A stretch of DNA of 32,000 bases from Alphaproteobacteria bacterium (lineage in GTDB: Bacteria > Pseudomonadota > Alphaproteobacteria > CAAHEQ01 > UBA3637), in contig JAQVGI010000002.1 in assembly GCA_028696805.1 (NCBI GenBank), forward strand, positions 1 through 32,000, in the 5' to 3' direction. The notes beneath the pieces were generated by a model, which did no database searches, was not told the origin of the DNA, and saw only the letters and a list, made by a program, of their open reading frames with translations. The translations under genes and the position numbers were made by a program. Position 1 is the first letter of the stretch; each line of letters opens with the position of its first letter. Shown here piece by piece: positions 1 through 8,867 of the stretch.

Positions 1-56
1 AAAAATAGAGGACACCCTGTGGGCGCCGGTCGCCGACATCGCCGCGCGCTAGCGCG

Positions 57-869
57 TCAGGAACGCTCCCTGTCCCACAAAACCGAAATCGGCGTGCGCG
101 CCTTGAAAATTCGCGCGGAAACAATCGGGGGAGACACGCGCCCGTCGTCGCGCATCACGCATGTCGGCCTGAACTCGGAATCGCACACCCGCACGTGCAG
201 CTGGTGCGTGTCGGGGATGACTTCGTTCCTGGGCGGCCGGCCGCAGATGGTCTGGATGCCGAATTTGCGCGCGCCGGCCAGGTATGCCGCGTCCAGCTCC
301 TGCATCGGCCCGAATCCCGCCAGCGTCCGGCCTCCGGCGTTTTTATAGTAGGCGGAGGCGCCGATCGGCGTCGCCATCAGAATGCCGTCCCCGACGACGG
401 AAAATTCGTCCACCGGCGTCATCGCGTCGGACACGATGGCGGCGGACAGGCAGGCCGTGCCATACATGTTGATGCGGACGGCGATTTCGTTGAAGCCGAA
501 GAAGGTGTCCTGCCGGCCGCCGGCGGCCATCGCGCAGTCGGCCTGCATCGGGTGGAGCCGCATCGGCTCGGCCTCCGCGATGCGCGCGCCCAAAGAGGCG
601 ATGGATTGCAGCCGGGGGTTGGTCAGGATGCCCCGGTGATCCGTGCGCGCGCCGCAGTTGATCGCATAGACGGGCAGCGTTTTCCGGGACCTTTGCTCCA
701 TCCATAGCGCGCAATGCCAGGCGCTCAACGCCGTGCCGTCTCCGCCGACGGCGACGATGTGCGTCGCGTCGCACGGCTGCGTGTTGCCGTAGCGCAGGAT
801 CAACTCGCTGCGCAGGGCGTTCGCGCGGTCGCTCTTGGTTATGACGAAATGGAGTTTCAAATCGGACAT
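57..869 (-). CDS. nadK: NAD kinase (ATP-NAD kinase family)
   Basis: Protein from internal ATG at 869 (MSDLKLHFVITK...) has the GGDGT motif (VAVGGDGTALSA), FNE, and DGILMATPIGASAYYKNAGG, resembling the NAD kinase DGxxxxTPTGSTAY signature. The long ORF track start at 1304 overlaps the xth gene and is not needed. Confidence 0.88.
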   Translation of the reverse strand: MSDLKLHFVITKSDRANALRSELILRYGNTQPCDATHIVAVGGDGTALSAWHCALWMEQRSRKTLPVYAINCGARTDHRGILTNPRLQSIASLGARIAEAEPMRLHPMQADCAMAAGGRQDTFFGFNEIAVRINMYGTACLSAAIVSDAMTPVDEFSVVGDGILMATPIGASAYYKNAGGRTLAGFGPMQELDAAYLAGARKFGIQTICGRPPRNEVIPDTHQLHVRVCDSEFRPTCVMRDDGRVSPPIVSARIFKARTPISVLWDRERS

Positions 870-876
870 AAAATCC

Positions 877-905
877 AGTTTAGCAAATGCGTCTTGTTTT
901 GTCAA
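877..905 (-). promoter_or_regulatory. Sigma70-like promoter for nadK, predicted leaderless
   Basis: Reverse strand TTGACA (900-905), 17 bp spacer, TAAACT (877-882), then 7 nt (GGATTTT) before the ATG at 869. Confidence 0.6.
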
Positions 906-907
906 CT

Positions 908-1690
908 TTATTTTAGAACGAGCAGGACGGGTGCGTGGTCGGAGGTCTTGTCCCATCCGCGGACGTCTTTCAGAACGCGGCACTCGGCCGGCTCCATGCC
1001 GCGCGCGACGAAGATGTAATCCAGCAGGATGCCCAGATCGCGCGGCCAGGCGCCCATCTGGAAGTCCCAGAATGAATACAGCCGTTCGTCCGGATGCAGC
1101 GCCCGCAGCGCATTGGTCAGCGGCAGGGCGGCGAGGCGCGCGAACGCCTCCCGCACCGGCGGCAGCATCAGAGCATTGCCCTCGAACGCCTTCGGGTTGT
1201 AGACGTCCGCGTCGCGGGCAATCACATTGAAATCGCCGCACAGGATAACCTTTTTCCCGGCGCGCAGCAGGCCCTCCGCATGCCGCGTCAGCGCGTCCAT
1301 CCATTTCAGCTTATACGCCAGCCGCGCCGTGTCGGCCGGGTCGCGCTCGGGCGGGTTGCCGTTCGGGATATAGGCGGACATGACGATTTCCCCGCCGGGC
1401 AGCGCGGCCTGAATAAAGCGCGCCTCCGCGTCTTCGGCGAAAGTCGGCAGCGGCGCGACGATGTCCGCCAGCGGCGCGCGCGACAGGATCGCGACGCCGT
1501 TGTATGATTTTTGACCCGCCAGCGCCGCGTGATAGCCGGCCAGCCGCAATTCGAACGCCGGAAAGGTTTCGTCCGTCGCCTTGACCTCCTGCAGGCAGAC
1601 GATATCCGGCCGCTCCTCCGCCAGCAGGCGTTTCAACGCCGGCATCCGCGCGCGCAAAGAAGCGACATTCCATGAAATAATCTTTTGCAT
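908..1690 (-). CDS. xth: Exodeoxyribonuclease III / AP endonuclease family protein
   Basis: MQKIISWNVASLRARMPAL...PDIVCLQEVKATDETFP...HAGLSGQK-like YHAALAGQKSYNGVAILS...LCGDFNVIARDADVY...ILLDYIFV...SDHAPVL: full EEP-family motif set. AAGGA upstream. Confidence 0.93.
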   Translation of the reverse strand: MQKIISWNVASLRARMPALKRLLAEERPDIVCLQEVKATDETFPAFELRLAGYHAALAGQKSYNGVAILSRAPLADIVAPLPTFAEDAEARFIQAALPGGEIVMSAYIPNGNPPERDPADTARLAYKLKWMDALTRHAEGLLRAGKKVILCGDFNVIARDADVYNPKAFEGNALMLPPVREAFARLAALPLTNALRALHPDERLYSFWDFQMGAWPRDLGILLDYIFVARGMEPAECRVLKDVRGWDKTSDHAPVLLVLK

Positions 1691-1713
1691 TTTCGAAATC
1701 CTTATGGTATAGC
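1685..1713 (+). promoter_or_regulatory. Candidate sigma70-like promoter for the 1720 gene, predicted leaderless
   Basis: TTGCAT (1685-1690), 17 bp spacer, TATAGC (1708-1713), then 6 nt before the ATG at 1720. The -35 overlaps the divergent xth start codon. Confidence 0.4.
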
Positions 1714-1719
1714 GTATCT

Positions 1720-2361
1720 ATGAAACCGATTTTGCCCGTCCTCCTATTATCCGTTTTTTTCGCCCAGAATGCAAGCGCTTTGTGCGACCCGATACGCACG
1801 AAGGTCGAAATCATCACCAAGCCGGGCAATGTGGAATACATCACGAAATACAGCCGGGACGAGTTCATCAAGATGGCGCCGACGAAGGTGTCGCCGAACA
1901 CGATGGGCCTGACCGTGACGCGGCTGGGGGCGCAGGGCAGCGCGGAGGGGTACTTGAAGCAGGGCGGCGCGGGGGCGTGCGCCGGAATCGAAAAGGTGAT
2001 CGTCACGATCGGATACGACGATCTGATCGTCTACATCGACAAGAAATACAAGCCGAATTCGTGCGAATACCGGGTGATCAAGGATCACGAGGACTATCAT
2101 GTCGCCGTGTCCCAGCAGGCGATGGCTTTCTATCGGAAGGACATCGAAAAAACGATCCGGAAGGCCGTCGACAAGCTGTCCGTGCGCAAAGTCCGCAGCC
2201 AGGCCGAGGCGCACCGCGTCGTGGAGGAGCAGCTGAACCAGGTGATGGCCGAGCTCCAGGTCCTCGTCGCGCGCATGAACCAGAAAATCGCCGAGAAGAA
2301 CTACCTCATCGACACGCCGGAATCATACCGGGAAACAAGCAAAAAGTGCCGGAACTGGTAG
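1720..2361 (+). CDS. Secreted protein of unknown function with a HExxH-type motif (putative metallopeptidase-like)
   Basis: N-terminal signal peptide (MKPILPVLLLSVFFAQNASA|LC). Motif IKDHEDYHVAV (H-E-D-Y-H) followed by a charged helical region. Several cysteines. Confidence 0.55.
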   Translation: MKPILPVLLLSVFFAQNASALCDPIRTKVEIITKPGNVEYITKYSRDEFIKMAPTKVSPNTMGLTVTRLGAQGSAEGYLKQGGAGACAGIEKVIVTIGYDDLIVYIDKKYKPNSCEYRVIKDHEDYHVAVSQQAMAFYRKDIEKTIRKAVDKLSVRKVRSQAEAHRVVEEQLNQVMAELQVLVARMNQKIAEKNYLIDTPESYRETSKKCRNW

Positions 2362-2375
2362 AGCCCTGCGCCCGG

Positions 2376-3341
2376 TCAGAACCATTTCTTGCGCTTCAGC
2401 AGCCAAAGCTGGAACGCGATGACGATCACCAGTATCAGGACGATGAACAAAAACCCGTTCGGGTGGTCTGAAAACGGGATGCCGCCGATGTTGCTGCCCA
2501 GCAGGCCGGTGACGAACGTGACGGGCGTGAAGATCACGACGACGATGGACATCAGGTACATGGCCTGGGTGAAGATGACGTTCATTTTGTTGTCCAGCTG
2601 CGTCTGGATGATGGACGCATGGTCGCGCAGGTAGTCCAGGTCTTCCAGAGCTTTGTGCAAATCCGCGTCGATGTCCGTCAGCTGCGGCAGATGGTCGGGG
2701 CCGAACAAGGGGGTGCCGCCGGCCAGCGTTTTGAAAACATTTTCCTGCGGGGCGATGTAGCGGCGCAGCTCCAGGATTTTGTGCCGAATGTCCGCGACCT
2801 GCTTATACAGCCCGCGGACGCTGTATCCCTGCTCTTCGATCAGGGCGTCCTCCAAATCGTCCGTGACATCGTGCAGCCAGTGGATGGACAGGGCGATGTT
2901 CTGGGTCATGCAGACGGCGATGGCCAGCAGGCACTCGACGGGATTTTTGGGCCCTTTGCCGCGGTGCAGCGCGTCCTGGATGAACGGGATGCACGGAATG
3001 CTGCGGTGGGAGAGGGTGATCAGCCGCCCCTTTTCAAGCCAGACCCGCAGGGCGATCATGTCTTCGGCCACCCGTTTGTCGAAATTGATGCCGCGCATGA
3101 TCAGCAGCAGCCCTTTCTTATGGGCGATGAAGCGCGGGCTGGTATCCGTGTCCAGCAGGGCGGCCGTGATCGTCTTGTTCAAGGATAATTTTTCAATCAG
3201 CGCCTGGTTGTCTTCATCCTGATAATCCACATGGACCCATGTCTGGCCGGATTGTTTTTTATGAATATCCTGCGGGCTGATTTTCCGGACGCCGCCGCGC
3301 CCGTTGAAGACATATCCGAAATCCGATGTGAACGTGGCCAT
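2376..3341 (-). CDS. zntB: CorA/ZntB-family divalent cation transporter
   Basis: Start at MATFTSDFGYV (ATG 3341) with an AGGGGG ribosome-binding site. C-terminal two-TM hairpin MYLMSIVVVIFTPVTFVTGLLGSNIGGIPFSDHPNGFLFIVLILVIVIAFQLWLLKRKKWF is typical of ZntB/CorA, with GSN at the usual GMN position. Confidence 0.82.
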   Translation of the reverse strand: MATFTSDFGYVFNGRGGVRKISPQDIHKKQSGQTWVHVDYQDEDNQALIEKLSLNKTITAALLDTDTSPRFIAHKKGLLLIMRGINFDKRVAEDMIALRVWLEKGRLITLSHRSIPCIPFIQDALHRGKGPKNPVECLLAIAVCMTQNIALSIHWLHDVTDDLEDALIEEQGYSVRGLYKQVADIRHKILELRRYIAPQENVFKTLAGGTPLFGPDHLPQLTDIDADLHKALEDLDYLRDHASIIQTQLDNKMNVIFTQAMYLMSIVVVIFTPVTFVTGLLGSNIGGIPFSDHPNGFLFIVLILVIVIAFQLWLLKRKKWF

Positions 3342-3364
3342 TTTTCCCCCTTTGGACACAGGCG

Positions 3365-3937
3365 TCATTCGATGCAGCAATCCACCGCCTTGCGGATGAC
3401 GGATTTAAGCTTGCCGAACACGCCGGATGCCGGAGCATCCCCGGCTTTCTCGATTTTCTTGCCGGTGATCTGGGCGACCGATTTCTGCACTTCCGCCAGG
3501 GAATCCGGCTTCCACCCGATGTCTTTCGCGTCGATCAGGTTCATGTTGAGCCCCCAGAACAGGCAATACATGTCATACGCCTGGCCGAACAGCGCGTAGG
3601 CCTCTTTGTTCCGTCCCATCGACTGCTGCTTTGTGCCGACCTCCATCAGGCGCATGCTGGTCGCCAGCAGGTGCTTTGAAATGCACCACACCTCGCCCTC
3701 GTAGGCGGGAATCACTTTCTGCATCAGGTTCTTGCGCAGCTCGCGGATTTCCTGAACCAAATCGTAAAACGCCGTCTTGCCCGTCTTGGCCCCCGAAAAC
3801 ACCAGGTGCTCCTCGATGGAAATCAGGTTCATGAGCGCGATGGTCAAATCCTGGTCGGACGACAAATCCTTGGGATTTTTCTTTTTCAGGTTGTCGACGC
3901 GCTCGACGAATTCCTTGACGGATTGTGCTTTTTTCAT
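3365..3937 (-). CDS. Conserved hypothetical alpha-helical protein
   Basis: ATG at 3937 preceded by AAGGGGGG. Distinctive stretch EVWCISKHLLATSMRLMEVGTKQQSMGRNKEAYALFGQAYDMYCLFWGLNMNLIDAKDIGW. No enzymatic motif recognised. Confidence 0.7.
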   Translation of the reverse strand: MKKAQSVKEFVERVDNLKKKNPKDLSSDQDLTIALMNLISIEEHLVFSGAKTGKTAFYDLVQEIRELRKNLMQKVIPAYEGEVWCISKHLLATSMRLMEVGTKQQSMGRNKEAYALFGQAYDMYCLFWGLNMNLIDAKDIGWKPDSLAEVQKSVAQITGKKIEKAGDAPASGVFGKLKSVIRKAVDCCIE

Positions 3938-3947
3938 ATTCCCCCCC

Positions 3948-4481
3948 TTATTTGAACAGCTCCATCGCCTCGTGGCAGCGGCACAGCGCGCCGTGGTGGA
4001 CGGCCAGCGACATCAGCGCGACCGCGGCGACCGGCACAAGGACTTTTTCAAACGGGAAATGCGCGTGCCCGCCGTTGCGGGCCTTCATTCCCTCGTAAAA
4101 ACGCATGCCGGCGATGAAAACGCCCGCGCCGATGATGTTCGCCAGCAGGAACGAGTCGATGTATAAAAATCCGATGATCGCCGGCGCATAGGGCATCTCG
4201 CCCGTGTAGACGAATCCGATGGATGCGACCGACAAGGCCATCAGAATCGGGCCGCGCAGCGGAAAACGCCACCCGCGCTTTTCGCAAAAGCGGATCATCC
4301 AGTATCCGATGATGGCCATCATCGCGCCGGACCAGACGCCGACGACGCAATCGTCGATGCCCAGCCGCCGCGCGATCATCAGGCTGGCGCCGACGGCGAC
4401 CGTGCACACGGCGCAGGCCGGATTGGCGGCCGCCTTGAAGCTGGCGAGCAAAACGGATGCGAAAACGGCGATAAACGGCAT
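3948..4481 (-). CDS. Multi-spanning inner-membrane protein of unknown function
   Basis: Several hydrophobic helices. CAVCTVAVGASLMIARRLGIDDCVVGVWSGA near the N terminus and CRC near the C terminus. Strong ribosome-binding site (AAAGGAGAGGGGGATCAT ATG) and a promoter at 4514-4542. Confidence 0.7.
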   Translation of the reverse strand: MPFIAVFASVLLASFKAAANPACAVCTVAVGASLMIARRLGIDDCVVGVWSGAMMAIIGYWMIRFCEKRGWRFPLRGPILMALSVASIGFVYTGEMPYAPAIIGFLYIDSFLLANIIGAGVFIAGMRFYEGMKARNGGHAHFPFEKVLVPVAAVALMSLAVHHGALCRCHEAMELFK

Positions 4482-4513
4482 ATGATCCCCCTCTCCTTTG
4501 GTCAGATGGGTTT

Positions 4514-4542
4514 GTTATATCCGAATTGCCGGGCGATTGCAA
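4514..4542 (-). promoter_or_regulatory. Sigma70-like promoter of the 4481-2376 gene cluster
   Basis: Reverse strand TTGCAA (4537-4542), 17 bp spacer, TATAAC (4514-4519), about 33 nt upstream of the ATG at 4481. Confidence 0.55.
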
Positions 4543-4551
4543 GGGGTAAAA

Positions 4552-5238
4552 TTACGCGCGCTGATATTGCCGGTAGCCGCCGGCGTCCTTATAGGCGTGG
4601 AGGGCGCGCTCGCGCACCCGGGCGTAATGGTCCGCCGCATACGTCAGCGACACATCCGGCGAGTCGGGGACTTCGCGGGTCTGATGGTAGGTGTCGATGA
4701 CCAGCTTGCCGAATGACAGGAAATTATTGTCCGGCCGTTTTTCCTTTTCTTTCGCGGTGTCGATGTAGAACCGCCATCTCCTGGCCTGCTTGTGCGCGAT
4801 GTAGTATTGCTCGCAGATATCGGCGCTTTTCCGGCAGGCTTCCTGCAAAGCCGGCGGCTGCTCCCTAAATAGGACAGATACCGCATAGAGGAACAGAATG
4901 GCCCTTTCGAACGCCGCCTGTTCCTGTCCGAAGGATTTTTGCGGCCGGGACGGCAGCTGATAGAAAGCGGGCGCCGTTTGGACGGCCGGGCCGGCATACG
5001 GCCGCCGGCGGTCGGGTATCGGCCGGTGCTCGTCCAGAGGCGCGGCGACGGGCGGCTTGTCGGCGGGGACATAGGCGGCGGTGTCGATCGGCTGCGTCGC
5101 GGCGGGGCGGTTGTGGCTTGCGCGGATGACACCGATCCATGCCTCGATGTTTTCACCCAGATCCTCGGCGACATCCCAATCCGGGAACCGGTGCAGGCGG
5201 TCCGCGGCGTCTTGTGCAGTGAAAGGGTATGTGTTCAT
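4552..5238 (-). CDS. Hypothetical protein with Pro-rich linker
   Basis: ATG at 5238 (MNTYPFTAQDAADRLHRFP...) preceded by GCAGGAGGATTC. No recognised family. Confidence 0.6.
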   Translation of the reverse strand: MNTYPFTAQDAADRLHRFPDWDVAEDLGENIEAWIGVIRASHNRPAATQPIDTAAYVPADKPPVAAPLDEHRPIPDRRRPYAGPAVQTAPAFYQLPSRPQKSFGQEQAAFERAILFLYAVSVLFREQPPALQEACRKSADICEQYYIAHKQARRWRFYIDTAKEKEKRPDNNFLSFGKLVIDTYHQTREVPDSPDVSLTYAADHYARVRERALHAYKDAGGYRQYQRA

Positions 5239-5269
5239 GAATCCTCCTGCGTGCATATATATAGATGCA

Positions 5270-5297
5270 AGTCTATCACAAAAAGGCATTTTGTCAA
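5270..5297 (-). promoter_or_regulatory. Sigma70-like promoter of the 5238 gene
   Basis: Reverse strand TTGACA (5292-5297), 16 bp spacer, TAGACT (5270-5275). Confidence 0.6.
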
Positions 5298-5384
5298 GCG
5301 GTAAATGGATTGTCCGTCCGGCGGCCGGAAAAACCATGCCGGCCGTCTTTCCGATAAAATCGGCGCGAATTTATCAAATAGTGC

Positions 5385-5413
5385 TTGACAAAGGGGGGAA
5401 AATATGGTTTAAT
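5385..5413 (+). promoter_or_regulatory. Sigma70-like promoter of the str/S10/spc ribosomal protein operon
   Basis: TTGACA (5385-5390), 17 bp spacer, TTTAAT (5408-5413), roughly 160 nt upstream of rpsL. Confidence 0.65.
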
Positions 5414-5578
5414 AATAGCGCTTTTGGTTGAAATAACCCTGCGGCCGCAGGAGCATTTCAAACGAAAACATCAATAAGTTCAAGGATTTGTATCTTGATT
5501 GTTGAAAAATGAGCCTTTTGTCCGCCTGAAACAGGTTGATGGAAGATTTTTGTGCAATAGGTCATGAAGGAACGATGA

Positions 5579-5950
5579 ATGCCTACAATTAACCAGCTGA
5601 TCCGCAAAAAACGGAGACCGCAAGAAGCCCGCGACAAAGTGCCGGCTTTGCAGGAATGCCCCCAACGCCGCGGCGTTTGCACCCGCGTGTATACGACCAC
5701 CCCGAAAAAGCCGAACTCCGCTCTGCGCAAAGTGGCGCGCGTCCGCCTGACGAACGGATTCGAAGTGACAAGTTATATTCCCGGCGAAGGACACAACCTG
5801 CAGGAACACTCGGTTGTGATGATTCGCGGGGGCCGTGTGAAGGATTTGCCGGGCGTCCGGTACCACATCATTCGCGGAACGCTGGACACCCAGGGCGTTT
5901 CCAAACGCAAACAAGCTCGTTCGCTGTATGGCGCGAAACGGCCCAAGTAA
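5579..5950 (+). CDS. rpsL: Ribosomal protein uS12
   Basis: [13 protein letters not shown]...[25 protein letters not shown]...YGAKRPK, with AAGGAACG upstream. Confidence 0.98.
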   Translation: MPTINQLIRKKRRPQEARDKVPALQECPQRRGVCTRVYTTTPKKPNSALRKVARVRLTNGFEVTSYIPGEGHNLQEHSVVMIRGGRVKDLPGVRYHIIRGTLDTQGVSKRKQARSLYGAKRPK

Positions 5951-5961
5951 GGAGAAACACC

Positions 5962-6432
5962 ATGTCTCGCAGACACGCAGCGACAAAACGCGAAGTCACG
6001 CCGGATGCCAAATACAACGACATCGTCGTGGCCAAGTTTATGAACTCTTTGATGTATGAAGGCAAAAAAGGCGTCGCCGAAGCCATTCTGTATGGCGCGA
6101 TGGCCGAATTGGAAGCCAAAATCAAAAAACCGGCCCTGGAAATCTTCAAGGAAGCCCTGAACAATGTGAAGCCTCAGGTCGAGGTGCGCTCCCGCCGCGT
6201 CGGCGGCGCCACGTATCAGGTGCCGTCCGAAGTCCGCCCGGAACGCCAGCAGGCGCTGGCCATCCGCTGGATCATCGGCGCGGCGCGCGCCCGCAGCGAG
6301 CACACGATGGACGCCCGCCTGTTCTCCGAGCTGCAGGACGCCTACAACAACCGCGGCACGGCCGTCCGCAAGCGCGAAGACACGCACCGCATGGCCGACG
6401 CGAACAAAGCGTTCGCGCACTTCAAGTGGTAA
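5962..6432 (+). CDS. rpsG: Ribosomal protein uS7
   Basis: [36 protein letters not shown]...[23 protein letters not shown], with GGAG upstream. Confidence 0.98.
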   Translation: MSRRHAATKREVTPDAKYNDIVVAKFMNSLMYEGKKGVAEAILYGAMAELEAKIKKPALEIFKEALNNVKPQVEVRSRRVGGATYQVPSEVRPERQQALAIRWIIGAARARSEHTMDARLFSELQDAYNNRGTAVRKREDTHRMADANKAFAHFKW

Positions 6433-6444
6433 TGGGGGAATAAA

Positions 6445-8523
6445 ATGGCTCGCACAACACCGATTGAAAAATACAGGAACATTGGCATCATGGCGCACAT
6501 CGACGCCGGAAAGACCACGACGACCGAACGCATCCTTTATTATACCGGCCGCTCGCACAAGATCGGCGAGGTGCACGACGGCGCCGCGACGACGGACTGG
6601 ATGGCGCAGGAGCGCGAGCGCGGCATCACGATTACGTCCGCCGCGATCACCGCTTTTTGGAGAGAGCACCGGATCAACCTGATCGACACGCCGGGACACG
6701 TGGACTTCACGATCGAAGTCGAGCGCTGCCTGCGCGTGCTGGACGGCGCGGTGGCCGTGTTCGACGGCGTTGCCGGCGTCGAGCCGCAATCCGAAACCGT
6801 GTGGCGCCAGGCCGACAAATACGGCGTTCCCCGAATTTGCTTCGCGAACAAGATGGACCGCATCGGCGCGAATTTCTACCGATGCGTTGACATGATCAAG
6901 ACGCGCCTGGGCGCGCGGCCGATGGTTCTGGCGATGCCGATCGGCGCCGAATCCAATTTCGTCGGCATCGTCGACATCGTGAACAACCGCGCGATTATCT
7001 GGCATAATGATGATTTGGGCGCGACCTTCGAATATCAGGATATTCCGGCCGAACTGGCCGAAAAAGCCGCCCATTACCGCCATGAGATGATCGAGATGGC
7101 CGTCGAAATGGACGATGCGGCGATGGAGGCTTATCTGAACGGACACGAGCCGGATATCGAAACGCTCAAGAAATGCATCCGCAAGGGAACGATCGCGCAG
7201 ACATTCGTGCCGGTCCTGTGCGGTTCCGCGTTCAAGAACAAAGGCGTTCAGCCGCTGCTGGACGCGGTTGTGGATTACCTGCCGTCCCCGGTCGACATTC
7301 CGCCGGCGGAGGGCCTCAAAGTGGGAACGGACATCCAATACAAGACCTCTCCGGACGATGCCAAGCCTCTGGCCGGCCTGGCGTTCAAGATTATGAACGA
7401 CCCGTTCGTCGGATCGCTGACGTTCGTCCGGCTGTATCAGGGGACGATTGCCAGCGGCTCATATGTCGTGAACTCCGTCAAGGACAGGAAAGAGCGCATC
7501 GGACGCATTCTGCTGATGTATGCGAACGACCGCGAGGACATCAAGGAAGCCCACGCCGGCGACATCATCGCGCTGGTCGGGATGAAAGACACGACGACCG
7601 GCGACACATTGTGCGCCGAAGGGCTGGATGTCGTCCTGGAAAAGATGGATTTCCCGGATCCGGTTATCGAAATCGCCGTCGAGCCGAAAACGAAGGCCGA
7701 CGTTGAGAAAATGGGCATGGCCTTGAACCGGCTGGCGATGGAAGACCCGTCTTTCCGCGTGACGTCCAACAGCGAAACGGGGCAGACCATCATCAAGGGC
7801 ATGGGCGAGCTGCATCTGGAAATCATCGTCGACCGCATGAAGCGCGAGTTCAAGGTGGAAGCCAATGTCGGCGCGCCGCAGGTGGCTTACCGCGAAACGA
7901 TTTCCAAAATCTACGACGAAGACTACACGCACAAGAAGCAGTCCGGCGGCGCCGGCCAGTTCGCGCGCGTATGCATCAAATTCGAACCGCTGCCGCCGGG
8001 CTCGGGCTTCGTGTTTGAAAACTCGGTCGTCGGCGGCTCCGTGCCGAAGGAATACATTCCGGGCGTCGAAAAGGGCCTGCGCGCCTCGCTGGATACCGGC
8101 GTGCTGGCGGGCTTTCCGTGCACGGATTTCAAGGCGAACCTGTATGACGGCGCCTACCATGACGTCGACTCGTCGACGATGGCGTTCGAAATCGCCGCGC
8201 GGGCCGCTTTCCGCGAGGGCATGGCGAAAGCCGGCCCGAAGCTGCTGGAACCCATCATGAAGGTGGAAATCGTCACGCCGGAGGAATACATGGGCGACAT
8301 CATCGGCGATTTGAACAGCCGCCGCGGCCAGGTGTCCGGCATGGATCAGCGTGGCAATGCGCGCGTCATCGACGCGACGGTGCCGCTGGCGAACATGTTC
8401 GGGTATGTCAACACGTTGCGGTCGATGAGCCAGGGGCGCGCCCAATACACGATGGTGTTCGCGCACTACGCCGACGTGCCGCAGATGATCGCCGACGAGA
8501 TCAAGGCAAAAGTTTCCGGTTAA
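6445..8523 (+). CDS. fusA: Elongation factor G
   Basis: [59 protein letters not shown]. 692 aa. Confidence 0.98.
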   Translation: MARTTPIEKYRNIGIMAHIDAGKTTTTERILYYTGRSHKIGEVHDGAATTDWMAQERERGITITSAAITAFWREHRINLIDTPGHVDFTIEVERCLRVLDGAVAVFDGVAGVEPQSETVWRQADKYGVPRICFANKMDRIGANFYRCVDMIKTRLGARPMVLAMPIGAESNFVGIVDIVNNRAIIWHNDDLGATFEYQDIPAELAEKAAHYRHEMIEMAVEMDDAAMEAYLNGHEPDIETLKKCIRKGTIAQTFVPVLCGSAFKNKGVQPLLDAVVDYLPSPVDIPPAEGLKVGTDIQYKTSPDDAKPLAGLAFKIMNDPFVGSLTFVRLYQGTIASGSYVVNSVKDRKERIGRILLMYANDREDIKEAHAGDIIALVGMKDTTTGDTLCAEGLDVVLEKMDFPDPVIEIAVEPKTKADVEKMGMALNRLAMEDPSFRVTSNSETGQTIIKGMGELHLEIIVDRMKREFKVEANVGAPQVAYRETISKIYDEDYTHKKQSGGAGQFARVCIKFEPLPPGSGFVFENSVVGGSVPKEYIPGVEKGLRASLDTGVLAGFPCTDFKANLYDGAYHDVDSSTMAFEIAARAAFREGMAKAGPKLLEPIMKVEIVTPEEYMGDIIGDLNSRRGQVSGMDQRGNARVIDATVPLANMFGYVNTLRSMSQGRAQYTMVFAHYADVPQMIADEIKAKVSG

Positions 8524-8540
8524 ATTGAAAGGTGAAACAG

Positions 8541-8849
8541 ATGGAAAATCAAACGATTAGAATTCGTCTTCAAGCTTTTGATCACAGGTTGCTGGATCAA
8601 TCAACCCGTGAGATTGTCAATACGGCGAAACGGACGGGGGCCGAAGTGGTCGGTCCGATTCCGTTGCCGACCCGTATTGAAAAATTCACAGTGAACCGCT
8701 CCGTCCACGTTGACAAGAAGTCTCGGGAGCAGTTCGAAATCCGTACCCACAAGCGGGTGCTCGACATCATTGATCCGACGCCGCAGACGGTTGACGCGCT
8801 GATGAAGCTTGACCTCGCCGCCGGCGTGGATGTCGAGATTAAAATCTAA
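8541..8849 (+). CDS. rpsJ: Ribosomal protein uS10
   Basis: [26 protein letters not shown]...[20 protein letters not shown] at 8541 preceded by GAAAGGTG. Confidence 0.97.
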   Translation: MENQTIRIRLQAFDHRLLDQSTREIVNTAKRTGAEVVGPIPLPTRIEKFTVNRSVHVDKKSREQFEIRTHKRVLDIIDPTPQTVDALMKLDLAAGVDVEIKI

Positions 8850-8867
8850 ATAGAAGGAAAGAAAAAC

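Noticed and set aside
45-56. 12 bp palindrome CGCGCTAGCGCG before the nadK stop codon
   Set aside because: Short and inside coding sequence. Expected by chance in GC-rich DNA, with no T tract for a terminator.
870-1304. N-terminal extension of the nadK ORF in the ORF track
   Set aside because: Low-complexity Arg/Ala/Pro sequence overlapping xth antisense. Replaced by the ATG at 869, preceded by a good promoter.
5773-7338. 521 aa ORF on the - strand across rpsL/rpsG/fusA
   Set aside because: Antisense shadow ORF. The real genes on the + strand have clear ribosomal protein and EF-G motifs.
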